Of a DNA stretch of 64,000 bases, positions 33,451 to 43,455 are shown in pieces. A program made the position numbers and the translations under genes. Within the stretch, counting starts at the first letter, position 1, and every line of letters starts with the position of its first letter. The stretch spans positions 1,937,170 to 2,001,169 of the forward strand of contig CBDCKB010000004.1 of the NCBI GenBank assembly GCA_965217995.1, read 5' to 3'. The notes below the pieces were generated by a model, which saw only the letters and a list, made by a program, of their open reading frames with translations, did no database searches and was not told the DNA's origin. This DNA comes from Rhodobacterales bacterium (GTDB lineage Bacteria > Pseudomonadota > Alphaproteobacteria > Rhodobacterales > CAZPXZ01).

Positions 33451-34563
33451 ATGCCTGCCTGCAGATCCCCGCTTCGGCCCGTGCGGGTCGCGGTGGCAAT
33501 GTCCGGGGGGGTCGACTCCTCCGCGACCGCCGCACTGCTGGTCGGCGAAGGGTACGATGTCTTCGGCCTCACCCTTCAGCTCTATGACCACGGTGCCGCG
33601 GTCGGCCGTCCGGGCAGCTGTTGTGCCGGGCGCGACCAGCAGGATGCAAGACGGGTGGCCGAACATCTCGGCATTCCCCACTACGTGCTCGATTTCGAGC
33701 AGCGCTTCCGCGAGGCGGTGATCGACGATTTTGCGGACAGTTATCTCGCCGGAGAGACCCCCCTTCCCTGCGTGCGTTGCAACCAGCGCATCAAATTCCG
33801 GGACCTGCTGGAAGCAGCCCTGGATCTGGGGGCGGACTGGCTGGCAACGGGGCACTATGTCCGTCGGACCGACGGGCCGTTCGGGCCCGAGCTGCACGAG
33901 GCCGCAGACCGTAGCCGTGACCAGTCCTTTTTCCTGTTCGCGACCACGCCTCCGCAAATCGAGAAGCTCCGGTTCCCGCTCGGAGACCTGCCGTCCAAGC
34001 AGGTGACCCGGCAAATCGCGACCGAGGCGGGACTGCCGGTGGCGGACAAGCCCGACAGCCAGGATATCTGCTTCGTCGCACGCGGTTCCTACGCCAAAAC
34101 CGTCGCCCGCCTTCGCCCTGACGCAGGAAGACCCGGCCGCATCCTGGACGAAGCCGGTACCGAACTCGGCACGCATGACGGGATCGAGCAATTCACCATC
34201 GGCCAGCGACGCGGTCTCCGGCTGGGGGATGCCCAGGCCCGCTATGTGATCCGCATTGATGCGGCATGCGGTGATGTCATCGTTGGCCCGAGAGAATCAT
34301 TGCGCACCACTTCCCTGCGGCTGCACAACGTGAACTGGATTGATCCGCGGCCGTTCGAAGAGGCACCCGAAGGCGGCTGGCAATTACGCTGCCGCATCCG
34401 GTCGAGCGCACAGCCCGCACCGGGCCGGGTGATTCCGGACGGCCACGGTGGAGCACGGGTGGAATTCGATGATCCGGCCAGTGCCGTCGCACCCGGCCAG
34501 GCCTGTGTGTTCTACGCCGGAGACAGCACGCAGCTACTCGGCGGCGGATGGATTGCCACCTGA
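33451..34563 (+). CDS. mnmA: tRNA 2-thiouridine(34) synthase
   Basis: AMSGGVDSS, ATGHY, DSQDICF, TIGQRRGL and APGQACVFY. Confidence 0.97.
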   Translation: MPACRSPLRPVRVAVAMSGGVDSSATAALLVGEGYDVFGLTLQLYDHGAAVGRPGSCCAGRDQQDARRVAEHLGIPHYVLDFEQRFREAVIDDFADSYLAGETPLPCVRCNQRIKFRDLLEAALDLGADWLATGHYVRRTDGPFGPELHEAADRSRDQSFFLFATTPPQIEKLRFPLGDLPSKQVTRQIATEAGLPVADKPDSQDICFVARGSYAKTVARLRPDAGRPGRILDEAGTELGTHDGIEQFTIGQRRGLRLGDAQARYVIRIDAACGDVIVGPRESLRTTSLRLHNVNWIDPRPFEEAPEGGWQLRCRIRSSAQPAPGRVIPDGHGGARVEFDDPASAVAPGQACVFYAGDSTQLLGGGWIAT

Positions 34564-34645
34564 CCGGCCACATCCGGAGGCCCGCACAGCCTTCTGCGTG
34601 GATCCAGGCCCGAGCTGCGCCGCCCGCGAATAAGCGGCGGATTCC

Positions 34646-37600
34646 CTACCAGTACATCCGCATGAGAAGATTGATGCTGTTGTATTCGGAGCCGGCATCT
34701 CCTCTCTCCCGGTGTCGGCCGCCCAGATCGATTTCGTAGCCCGAATCGATTTCGAACCGGGTGCCAAGCCGCCAGATACGGCTTGAGCTCCCTGACAGCT
34801 GCAGGCCGCCATACGGGGTGAGCAGACCGCGTCCGGACAGTTCCGACAGCCCGTAGCCGACATCGGCCAAAAGCTGAAGATCCCGCCGGTCATCAATCGC
34901 AGGTTCGATCTCTGTGGGTCCCTGATTCCAGATCCGCTCGGTCCCGGACGCCGTCTGGCCATAGACCGGCTGCACCTGGAACGAAAGCCCACGTCCGGCG
35001 GACTGCGTCTGATAACGGATCAGGCCGCCCACGCCCCAATCCTGGACATCGTCTTCCTCATGCAGCAGCAGGATCCGGCCATTGAGCTCTCCGATCAGTC
35101 TTCCATCCGGGCGGGACCAGCTCAGCAGGCCGCCGAGTTCGACTCCCAATCCGGTCTCGTTGCCGTCACCGCCATCATGGCGGAGGGCCAGTTCCGCGGA
35201 GCGCTGCACGGTCGCTTTCGAATCCCGCACCTGCGTGCTTTCCAACTCCAGAGCCACCCGCAGGCGCTGGACATCCGTCTTCACTGCCTCAAAGCCGCCA
35301 GCACCCCCGTCTTTCACCTTCACCTGCCCCGCCAAGACATCTCCCTTGAGTGCCAAAGTCAGCGCATCATCCCCGGCAATCCTCCGGCTTCCGCCTGCAC
35401 TTACCGTCGCCAGCGTGAGGTCGCTTTTCCGACCCGTCAGCATGGTGTTGGTTCCCCGACTCGCCTTGTCCTGCTCGACCTCGCCCCTGCCATAGCCGAT
35501 CGACGCCCACAGATATCTATCCTTGTCCAGAGTCCAGCCGAAATAGGGGCTGACGGTCGTCATGCGGGTTTCCGTGGCCAGCGTCTCGTCATCGTCAAAA
35601 TCAAACGAGCCTTCAGACAAGGACACCGCCAGCCCGGCCAGGACATTCTCGGAAAAGCGCCTGTCCACGCCCACATGGGCACTAAATACATCACCGTCCC
35701 ATGGTCCCACCATGTCAGCGCTACCTTCCAGATGGTTGTAGTCGCCCGAAGCCCAGATTCCGACACCGCCGTCGGGCACCGCCCCAGCACCCGCGTCATC
35801 AAGCCAGAGATCGAAAGACGAACTCCCCAGAAGATCCCGCAGGGACAGTCCGCCCTCGTTCAGGGCCCGCTCGTTGGCCGCCAGCGCGCCGGCGATCCCG
35901 GAATGGCCGGCAAGACTCACCGAAACCAGCTCGGAGCTGCCCTCGGGGACGCCGCCCGGAACGCCGCCCGGGATGCCGGAGATCACCCGCGCGATACGGC
36001 CTGCGACTGCGCCGCTCACATTTGTCGCGATCGCCCTGGCCACTTCGGGGACGAGCACATCCATCGCCATTTGATTGATGTCAGGCTCCTCCGGCTCCTC
36101 CGGCTCCTCCTCTGGAACGGCCGGCTCCTCGCCCACGACAGCCGCCAGCCGCCCCAAAAAGGCCACCGCGTAAGGCGAAACAGGAGCGGCATCCTCAAAT
36201 ACAAAAGTCGCGAAATGCGTGTCCATGCGGCCGGCGGCGCAGAGCTTGCCAGCATAGCCGTCACCGAAATCATGGACATCAGTGAAACCAGCCGCTCCTG
36301 TGGATATGTCGTTCCAGCCCGTTCCATCATGATACAGCAGGGCCACCTCCCGATCCCCCCTCGCCTCATACATGGCAGTCGGCACCGGCAGACACACTTC
36401 GACCCCCCCACTTGGGAAATCAATTTCAGGCACGTCAACCTCATCTGGGTCACACAGTGGTGGCTGACATATTGTTGGTCTATCTGGATTTTCCACTATC
36501 TGTGACCCAACCCGAAGATCGACTGCCACCCGTCCTGCGTCAAAATCAAAGTCCGGATGCTGGAGCACCTCTAGGGGGAGTTCCTGGGCAATGACTAAAA
36601 TTTCATGAAAATTTTCAGGAATTATGACATCCAAAACAGGAGGGAGAGCAACCGGGGTGTGTACGGAACTGGCCAAAAAGCGGGCACTACATGCCAGCAA
36701 ATCGAGCTCATCAGGATCAATGTCGGCGTTGTCCGGATAGGTTACGGCACAGTCCTGGAAACTTCCCTCCGTGGCGGGCAGGGCCAAGCGCACCCGGGTT
36801 TCGAGATCGTTGTCGATAACCGTGACGGTTACGTCCGACGCGGTGTATAGCTCGGATGTGGGCGTGGCTGCGTGGGTTATGGTCAGGGTGGAGTTTGCGA
36901 TATCGTCATCCGCCAATGACACGGTGACCGTCTGCGGTACATTCCAGTTGGTGGTGGTGAATTCGACCATCGTCGGAGTGATGGTAAGAGCTGAATTGGT
37001 GGGCGTGACCGTCACCGTAGAACCCGGTGCTTGGCTCAACAGCATGTTGTACGTTTTTGCGGCCCCTCCTTCCACGAGAGTTAGCAGAGCAGCCGGTTCG
37101 TAGAGGACGCTGAAATCAGTTGCCTCGTCATCCAGCACCACGATCGTTACGGTGCCTGCATCGGTCACCGCCCCGTAGCCGGAGACCGCATGGCTCAGCG
37201 TCACCCGCTCGCGATCCGCATCCGTATCGTCCACCGCGGTGACCGTCACCGTCTGCGCCGTATTCCAATCGCTCGTGGTGAAGTTCAATGTCACCATCCC
37301 GGCCGCCGCGCCCGTCGACTGGACCTGGACGGCCGTCGAATCGTCGCTGCTGATCGTGACTACCACAGTCCCGAGCGGCTCTGTATCCAGAACCACATCA
37401 TAGGTAGTGCTGCCTAGCTCGGCGACGTGGAAGGTACTATCGAACGCATCGCTGCTGACACCGTCGATTTCATTGTCCACGATTGTCACCCTCACCGAAT
37501 CCGCAGTCGTCAGGGACGTGTAGACGGAGGCAGCTCCACCACCCGTGCTCGCGACCGTGTGCAAAATGACAATTTCGGCATCCCTGCTGTCATCATCATG

Positions 37601-39592
37601 AGTGCCCCTGCTCTGAACCCCGATAGGGAAATAGCCTAGACCACCAGGAAACGGATTACCCGCAGTTTGCCAGTTCGCAGCTGTGAATGTGACAGTAGTT
37701 ACAGTGGGGGGGTCTGTGGGAGAACCGAACGTTCCGAAAGTCAGCCCGTGATCAGGATCCTGAATTGTGGCGGTGATCACAACCGTCTCACTGGCAGCGG
37801 GCGCAGCCTGCAGAGATATACGATAGGCCGTAGATCGGCTGCCGCCGCCACATTCGGAGGAGACGAAGGGGGGGCCCGCATTACACTCATCAAGCGTTAT
37901 GCTGACATTGGTGCTGCCAGTGGGGTTGTTGCCGCGACCATAAACCAGAACCCCCGCGGTCTGTCCCGCCGCTTCCGTGAGCGTGACCTGTATCGAGTCT
38001 GCATCCGACACACTGGTCGCCGAAGTGAGCCCGGCAACGCTGTGTGCAATCATCGCGGTGCCATCACTGATGTTGCTATCCGCTGTCGCTGTAACCGTAA
38101 CGGTTTGCGCCACCGTCCCAGCTGTCGTGGTAAAAACCAGTGTCGTCGGCGTGATGCTGACATTAGGGTTGTCGACACTGAGCGTGACGGTCACATCCCT
38201 GTCCGGATTTTCTCTCAGATTTATCGTGTATTGATTCGCGGTTGTGGCCGTAACCCCTTCTTCAAAAGTCAGGCTGGCGGTGCTGAATGCGACTCCCTGT
38301 TCGTTGTCCTCAATCACAACATCCAGTATTCCGAGAGAGCTGGGAGGCCTGTCCGCCCTGGCAGGACTGGAGAACGTCCTGTGCTCCGCCGAGCCGCCAT
38401 ATTCCGACGTTCCTCCAGTAGCGTCGTAAAAATTGACTCTCCCAGGCGGATTCGCATTTTTGTACACGACAGCGAACCTCTCGCTATTTTCTATCAGGTC
38501 GTCATCCACCAGAGGAATCTCGAAACACCCCGCATTACTTCCAACCGGTATGCTGGAGGTTCCGTTCACCAGCGTCCCGATATCACTCCTGTCTGCATTG
38601 CCGGCACCGGAACCATAGAATTCAACTTCCCAATCGAACGTGACCTCAAAAGCTATGCCAGCAGCACTTACCTGGGAGAGGTCGGAGTTATATAGATAGG
38701 CGCAATGCCACACCGTATTACTCCCTGTCGCACCTTCGGACACGCGAACGGGATCCCTAACAGAGCCGAAACGCCTAACCCTATCGTCACCAGGGAGGTT
38801 CCTCCCCAGCAGCAAATATTCCGCCTCATTGTCTTCGATGATGCCTGTGGCGGAGGATTCACCCGCTTCTGTGGAAATCGCCGCCCCCGCACTGGCACTG
38901 GTCAGGGTTACCACGACAGTCTCGTCTTCCTCCGAAGCGTCGGTGTCGTCCACCACCTCGATGAAAATGTCCCCTTCTGTAGCACCCGCCGTAATGGTCA
39001 GTATGCCCGTACCCCTCGCTGTACCCGCATTGACGCAAACCGTATCTTCGGCTGGGGGGGGTGCTGGATTATCGGTTTGACTGATTCGCATGTCGTCGAT
39101 ATCGTGATCCGAACTGTAAAGCGAGCCATCCACCCGTGTGACTCCCGTACCATCCACATAATCCCCGGTGCCCGCCGTGCCAGTGAGTGTGTAGCCAACC
39201 GCCACATCCGCGGCATTGACTGCGCTTAGCCGGACAACAAAATGCAGACCCGCGCCCCGCCCGCAGCCATAGTTCTCCCGGATCCGTGGCGATAAGGTCT
39301 GCTGCGTCGGGTTAAAGCCCGCAACCGGTGCAAGAACCTGTACCGTCTGGGCCGAGGCCCCACCCGACAGCAGCATCGGCACGGAAACAAGCGCAAGGGC
39401 CAAAAGCAAACACGCACCGCGCAGGCATGCGTATCCGAAAATATCTGATGAGGATCCGCTCCCCCAGATATTTTTCCACAGCTTGCCTGCAAGGCTTCTT
39501 GCTTGCCGACCCCACCACCGGGGTTTGCCAGCAAACTTGCTGAAATTCGGGTGCTCACATGCCGCGAGCTTTCGACTTCCACTCTGTTTCAT
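34646..39592 (-). CDS. Autotransporter-like outer membrane adhesin with Calx-beta / cadherin-like passenger repeats (~1648 aa)
   Basis: Probable start ATG 39592 (GGAGA upstream); long signal peptide ending GGASA|Q; repeats like the giant adhesin (FTTSDWNTAQTVTVTAVDD); C-terminal barrel (IWASGDY, HVGVDRRF, SPYFGW) ending in W. Confidence 0.87.
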   Translation of the reverse strand: MKQSGSRKLAACEHPNFSKFAGKPRWWGRQARSLAGKLWKNIWGSGSSSDIFGYACLRGACLLLALALVSVPMLLSGGASAQTVQVLAPVAGFNPTQQTLSPRIRENYGCGRGAGLHFVVRLSAVNAADVAVGYTLTGTAGTGDYVDGTGVTRVDGSLYSSDHDIDDMRISQTDNPAPPPAEDTVCVNAGTARGTGILTITAGATEGDIFIEVVDDTDASEEDETVVVTLTSASAGAAISTEAGESSATGIIEDNEAEYLLLGRNLPGDDRVRRFGSVRDPVRVSEGATGSNTVWHCAYLYNSDLSQVSAAGIAFEVTFDWEVEFYGSGAGNADRSDIGTLVNGTSSIPVGSNAGCFEIPLVDDDLIENSERFAVVYKNANPPGRVNFYDATGGTSEYGGSAEHRTFSSPARADRPPSSLGILDVVIEDNEQGVAFSTASLTFEEGVTATTANQYTINLRENPDRDVTVTLSVDNPNVSITPTTLVFTTTAGTVAQTVTVTATADSNISDGTAMIAHSVAGLTSATSVSDADSIQVTLTEAAGQTAGVLVYGRGNNPTGSTNVSITLDECNAGPPFVSSECGGGSRSTAYRISLQAAPAASETVVITATIQDPDHGLTFGTFGSPTDPPTVTTVTFTAANWQTAGNPFPGGLGYFPIGVQSRGTHDDDSRDAEIVILHTVASTGGGAASVYTSLTTADSVRVTIVDNEIDGVSSDAFDSTFHVAELGSTTYDVVLDTEPLGTVVVTISSDDSTAVQVQSTGAAAGMVTLNFTTSDWNTAQTVTVTAVDDTDADRERVTLSHAVSGYGAVTDAGTVTIVVLDDEATDFSVLYEPAALLTLVEGGAAKTYNMLLSQAPGSTVTVTPTNSALTITPTMVEFTTTNWNVPQTVTVSLADDDIANSTLTITHAATPTSELYTASDVTVTVIDNDLETRVRLALPATEGSFQDCAVTYPDNADIDPDELDLLACSARFLASSVHTPVALPPVLDVIIPENFHEILVIAQELPLEVLQHPDFDFDAGRVAVDLRVGSQIVENPDRPTICQPPLCDPDEVDVPEIDFPSGGVEVCLPVPTAMYEARGDREVALLYHDGTGWNDISTGAAGFTDVHDFGDGYAGKLCAAGRMDTHFATFVFEDAAPVSPYAVAFLGRLAAVVGEEPAVPEEEPEEPEEPDINQMAMDVLVPEVARAIATNVSGAVAGRIARVISGIPGGVPGGVPEGSSELVSVSLAGHSGIAGALAANERALNEGGLSLRDLLGSSSFDLWLDDAGAGAVPDGGVGIWASGDYNHLEGSADMVGPWDGDVFSAHVGVDRRFSENVLAGLAVSLSEGSFDFDDDETLATETRMTTVSPYFGWTLDKDRYLWASIGYGRGEVEQDKASRGTNTMLTGRKSDLTLATVSAGGSRRIAGDDALTLALKGDVLAGQVKVKDGGAGGFEAVKTDVQRLRVALELESTQVRDSKATVQRSAELALRHDGGDGNETGLGVELGGLLSWSRPDGRLIGELNGRILLLHEEDDVQDWGVGGLIRYQTQSAGRGLSFQVQPVYGQTASGTERIWNQGPTEIEPAIDDRRDLQLLADVGYGLSELSGRGLLTPYGGLQLSGSSSRIWRLGTRFEIDSGYEIDLGGRHRERGDAGSEYNSINLLMRMYW

Positions 39593-39661
39593 AACTATCT
39601 CCGAATTTTGCAGCAGGGACCGCCACAGAAATCTGCCCGAGAACGATCCAGAATCAATTTC

Positions 39662-39684
39662 GGGGGGGGGGGGGGGGGGGGGGG
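39662..39684. repeat. G23 (C23 on the coding strand) homopolymer, 70 nt upstream of the autotransporter start
   Basis: Direct count of the run. Confidence 0.9.
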
Positions 39685-39976
39685 CGGTCAGAGCCTGACA
39701 TCCAAGATCATGGGACGATACCGTAATCATAAAAACCCTGGCAACACAGTCGGCCATCATGGCTGTCCCCTCCCTGTGCAGGGTGCCGTAAGATACGGAA
39801 GCCATATAGACGTGCTGATACTATCACACCCGCTTTTTACTGTCCATTCCCTTGGTCCTGGTTTTCTTGCACCCGCACATCTTTCCCCCAATCCGGCCCG
39901 CGGCCCGTTATAGTTGACGGAATCCGGCCACGCCGCTACCGATGCTTGATGCGGTGGCGATTCCAGCGAGACAGCG

Positions 39977-40903
39977 ATGCAGACTGAAGAAATCCGGGCC
40001 ATTCTGGCGGGCTACGAATCGGTTTCGCCCGGTGTCAAGGCCAATCTCTACCGGTTGCTGATGTCCGGACGCCTGGGGGGCACCGGGCGCATGATTATTC
40101 TCCCTGTCGACCAGGGATTCGAACATGGCCCGGCCCGCAGCTTCGCGCCCAATCCGCCCGGCTACGACCCCGACTACCACTACCAGCTGGCGATCGACGC
40201 CGGCCTCAGTGCCTTCGCCGCACCGCTCGGTCTGCTGGAGGCCGGGGCCGACCGCTTCGCCGGCCAGATCCCGACCATCCTCAAGGCCAACTCCGCGAAT
40301 TCCCTGGCTCCGGGTGCTTCTCCCAAGGACTCGGCGATCACGGCCTCCGTCGCCGATGCCCTCCGGCTCGGCTGTGCAGCGATCGGATTCACAATCTATC
40401 CGGGGTCGTCTCTGGCAAACGAAATGTTCGAGGAAATCGCCGAGCTGGCCGAACAGGCCAAGCAACACGGCCTCGCCGTGGTGGTCTGGTCCTATCCGCG
40501 TGGCGAGGACCTGAACGCAGCGGCAGAAACAGCCCTCGACATCTGCGCCTATGCGGCGCAACTGGCGGCCCTGCTCGGGGCGCATATCATCAAGGTAAAA
40601 CTGCCCTCCGACCACATCGCGCAGGAAGCGGCGCGCAAGGTGTACGAAGCCGAGGGGATCGACATTTCCAGTGCGGAGGCACGGGTCCGGCACATCAAGC
40701 AGGCGGCTTTCGCCGGCCGCCGGCTGGTGGTGTTCTCGGGAGGGGCCCGACGTGGTGCGGATTCCATCTATGACGATGCGCGGGCAATCCGCGACGGCGG
40801 CGGAAACGGTTCAATCATCGGCCGCAACACCTTCCAGCGCCCGCGCGAAGAGGCCCTCCAGATGCTCGACCAACTGGTAAAAATCTACCAGGACACGACA
40901 TAG
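39977..40903 (+). CDS. fbaB: Class I fructose-bisphosphate aldolase (DhnA/FbaB type)
   Basis: ILPVDQGFEHGP, WSYPRG, LGAHIIKVK and IIGRNTFQRP. Confidence 0.92.
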   Translation: MQTEEIRAILAGYESVSPGVKANLYRLLMSGRLGGTGRMIILPVDQGFEHGPARSFAPNPPGYDPDYHYQLAIDAGLSAFAAPLGLLEAGADRFAGQIPTILKANSANSLAPGASPKDSAITASVADALRLGCAAIGFTIYPGSSLANEMFEEIAELAEQAKQHGLAVVVWSYPRGEDLNAAAETALDICAYAAQLAALLGAHIIKVKLPSDHIAQEAARKVYEAEGIDISSAEARVRHIKQAAFAGRRLVVFSGGARRGADSIYDDARAIRDGGGNGSIIGRNTFQRPREEALQMLDQLVKIYQDTT

Positions 40904-40940
40904 GCACGTTGCAGAGGCCGTGAAAGCGACCCGCGGCCCC

Positions 40941-41594
40941 ATGCCGATGCAGCATCCGGCGATTCCGGGCAGTCCCCGGTCACCGGACACCTCGCCAGGA
41001 CTTTTTCTGACCGGCACCCCGATGCAGTATCTGGCCGCACCGGAGGCTGGGTTGCGGCACGTGCTGGAGAACCCGGAAATTGCCTGCCTGCGGATCGATC
41101 CGCAGGCAGATGACCCGGATGCCTGCAAGCGCGCTGCCGACCTTCTCCTCGAAATCGCGGGACACCGGCCACTTCCCGTGCTGATCCGCGGGCACCCGGA
41201 ACAGATCGGACCGCTCGGTCTGGCCGGCACGCAGCTCGGCTTTTCGGACATGTCGGTGCGCGAGGCCCGCAAGCTGCTCGGCGAGGAGCACATCATCGGC
41301 TTCGGGCCGGTGTCGCGCCGGCATTCGGGAATGGCGGCAGCGGAGGCTGGCGCGGATTTCGTCGCCATCGGCCCGTTCGGTGAGACGCCGGGCGAGCACG
41401 CGACTGAGGAACTGCTTGAATGGTGGTCGCAGCTGATCGTAATACCGTGCCTGGCGGAAGGCGGCATCCTGCCGGAAAATGCCCAGAGATTCTCCCGCTG
41501 GGTCGACTTCATCGCCATCGGCGGAACCGTCTGGGAAAGTCCCCATGACCTGGTGAAGGGCGTCGGTACCTATATCTCGGCGCTGCGGCGCTAG
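40941..41594 (+). CDS. Thiamine phosphate synthase family protein
   Basis: ARKLLGEEHIIG, SRRHSGMAAAEAGADFV and WWSQLIVIPCLAEGG; typical alphaproteobacterial ThiE-like gene next to the aldolase; start uncertain. Confidence 0.8.
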   Translation: MPMQHPAIPGSPRSPDTSPGLFLTGTPMQYLAAPEAGLRHVLENPEIACLRIDPQADDPDACKRAADLLLEIAGHRPLPVLIRGHPEQIGPLGLAGTQLGFSDMSVREARKLLGEEHIIGFGPVSRRHSGMAAAEAGADFVAIGPFGETPGEHATEELLEWWSQLIVIPCLAEGGILPENAQRFSRWVDFIAIGGTVWESPHDLVKGVGTYISALRR

Positions 41595-41595
41595 C

Positions 41596-41846
41596 TGTGG
41601 AAGCTGACCGGTTGAACCCTTTCCGGTTCCATCGGCTGATGGGTGTCTGCTGTTCCCGTGCCGCATGGCCCGAATGTCCTGAAAGCCGGGGATAGCGTAT
41701 CGGCCGCTCCCTTTCTGCAGGGATATCGGTGTCGCGGACCCCAATCCAACGTGATCCCCAGCCATCCCGGAACCGGTCGGGCATAACCGGACGAAGGCAA
41801 TCCTGGCGGCGGACCGGGCCGAATGGGCAGCCTCTGGCAGATCACA
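41596..41846 (-). mobile_element. IS481-derived MITE (251 bp)
   Basis: TGT...ACA termini; begins TGTGGAAGCTGACCGGTTG directly after GCTAGC; minus frame reads HSGHAAREQQTPISR (IS481 C-terminus relic); other end gggccgaatgggcagcc matches the left end. Confidence 0.72.
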
Positions 41847-42663
41847 GCCCGGCCTCCGCTTCCGGCAACTCCGCCTGCATCCGCACCACAAGAGCTTCCC
41901 GGCAGGCGGCGGCAAGCGCCTTGCGGTCCGCAAAATTTCCGGCCCGGAGCGGGGCCAGGAACTCCACGATCACCGTACCCCCGACCGACTGGCAGAGGAC
42001 ATCCCAGCAATGGCTGAAAAACTCCATGCTGCCCCACCAGCCATAGAAAGAATCGGGAAGCGCTCCGCCCCCCTGCGGGCGATAGAACAGAAAGACTGGC
42101 TGCACCCATCCCGCATGCCCGCCCGCCAGTGCCGGCTCAAAAAGCGTGGAACGGAACGGCAGCAAGTGCAGGCCGTCCGTGGTCGTCCCCTCCGGAAAGA
42201 TGCAGAGCAGATGCCGCCGACGAAGACGCTCGTCCAGCCGCACCGCCTGCCGGCGGGCCGCCGAAGGCCGCCGTTCGACAAATTCCACGCGTCCGACCCG
42301 GCACAGCAATCCGATACCCGGCCATCCCCGAACCTCCTGCTTGGCGACAAAGAACGTACGGGCCGCGGCACCCAGTGCGAGCGGGTCGATCCAGCTGATA
42401 TGGTTGACCGCGAGCGTGCCGGCCCCCACGGGCGTGCCGATCCGGTGCAGCCGGAGCCCGAGACAGGCAAGCGCGATCCGGCTCCAGGCCATCGCCGGCC
42501 AGCGGTCCCGGCTGCCCCCGGACAGGCGCAGGATCAGGAATGCCGGAAGCAGCAGGATGGTTGTGGTCAGAAAGGCGACGAGCCGGAACGCGCCCCGAAA
42601 CCGCGCGGCCGGCGTGAGACGGGGCCGGGCCGGCTCCGGCACCTCGCTCCATACGAAAACCAC
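41842..42663 (-). CDS. olsA: Lysophospholipid acyltransferase, probably lyso-ornithine lipid O-acyltransferase
   Basis: NHISWID, FVAKQEV and FPEGTT PlsC motifs; directly downstream of an olsB-like gene. Confidence 0.8.
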   Translation of the reverse strand: MVFVWSEVPEPARPRLTPAARFRGAFRLVAFLTTTILLLPAFLILRLSGGSRDRWPAMAWSRIALACLGLRLHRIGTPVGAGTLAVNHISWIDPLALGAAARTFFVAKQEVRGWPGIGLLCRVGRVEFVERRPSAARRQAVRLDERLRRRHLLCIFPEGTTTDGLHLLPFRSTLFEPALAGGHAGWVQPVFLFYRPQGGGALPDSFYGWWGSMEFFSHCWDVLCQSVGGTVIVEFLAPLRAGNFADRKALAAACREALVVRMQAELPEAEAGL

Positions 42664-42666
42664 CGG

Positions 42667-43455
42667 TCAGGAGGCGGCGCGCGACAGAAGCCCGGCGAGG
42701 CGGTCCCGGTAGAACGCCCGCTGCCGCTCGCTTGTCCGGTGCACATCCACGGCCAGAAACACGTCGGTGACATTGAACGCATGGTCCAGATACGCGCCAT
42801 CGCCGACGACCCCGCCCAGCCGCAAATATCCCTTGATCAGGGACGGAATCCTCTTTGCAGCAGCAGTGCGGTCCACCTCCTGCAGGGGAAGGATGTCCAT
42901 CTCCGCCCGGTTGGGCTCCCGGGCCCGGGCGCGAAGGTCATCCGAAGCGAGGTGATGGTGGTGAAGGAAGGAAAGCGGCAGCGCGAGCCCCTTGAGGTCC
43001 GTGCCCGGGAAGCTCGCGCAACCAAACAGCAGGCCGACATTCCGGTCAAACACATAGGAAGCAAGGCCGGCCCAGAGCAGCTGTGCGGCCGTTCCGCCCC
43101 GGAACTCTTCGGCAACGCAGGTCCGCCCCACCTCCAGGCATTCCTCCATGCGGGGCTCAAGAACAGAGAGATCATACTCCCCGGCCGAATAGAAACCCGG
43201 CCCGGCGCGAGCCGCAGAACCGGTGAGCATCCGGTAGGCCCCGACCACCTGCTCCGGCGGCTCGCCTTCACGGTCGATCAGGATCAGATGCTCGCAATGC
43301 TCGTCGAAGCGATCTGACTCCCTCCCATCCGCATCCGATTTTGCACCGGCACCCATCTCCTCCACAAACACCCTGTAGCGGAGTCGCAGCGCCGCATCGA
43401 GATCGGCGTCGCTCTCGGCCAGACGTACCGTGAAACGCCCGGCGTCAATACGCAT
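42667..43455 (-). CDS. olsB: GNAT family ornithine N-acyltransferase
   Basis: LRYRVFVEEMGA, VVGAYR, FYSAGEYD, LEVGRTCV and PSLIKGYLRLG. Confidence 0.85.
   Translation of the reverse strand: MRIDAGRFTVRLAESDADLDAALRLRYRVFVEEMGAGAKSDADGRESDRFDEHCEHLILIDREGEPPEQVVGAYRMLTGSAARAGPGFYSAGEYDLSVLEPRMEECLEVGRTCVAEEFRGGTAAQLLWAGLASYVFDRNVGLLFGCASFPGTDLKGLALPLSFLHHHHLASDDLRARAREPNRAEMDILPLQEVDRTAAAKRIPSLIKGYLRLGGVVGDGAYLDHAFNVTDVFLAVDVHRTSERQRAFYRDRLAGLLSRAAS

Noticed and set aside
39593-39805. N-terminal 71 aa with poly-Pro on the autotransporter ORF
   Set aside because: ATG 39592 has an SD and already gives a long signal peptide; the extension is probably untranslated (kept only as an alternative phase-variation model).
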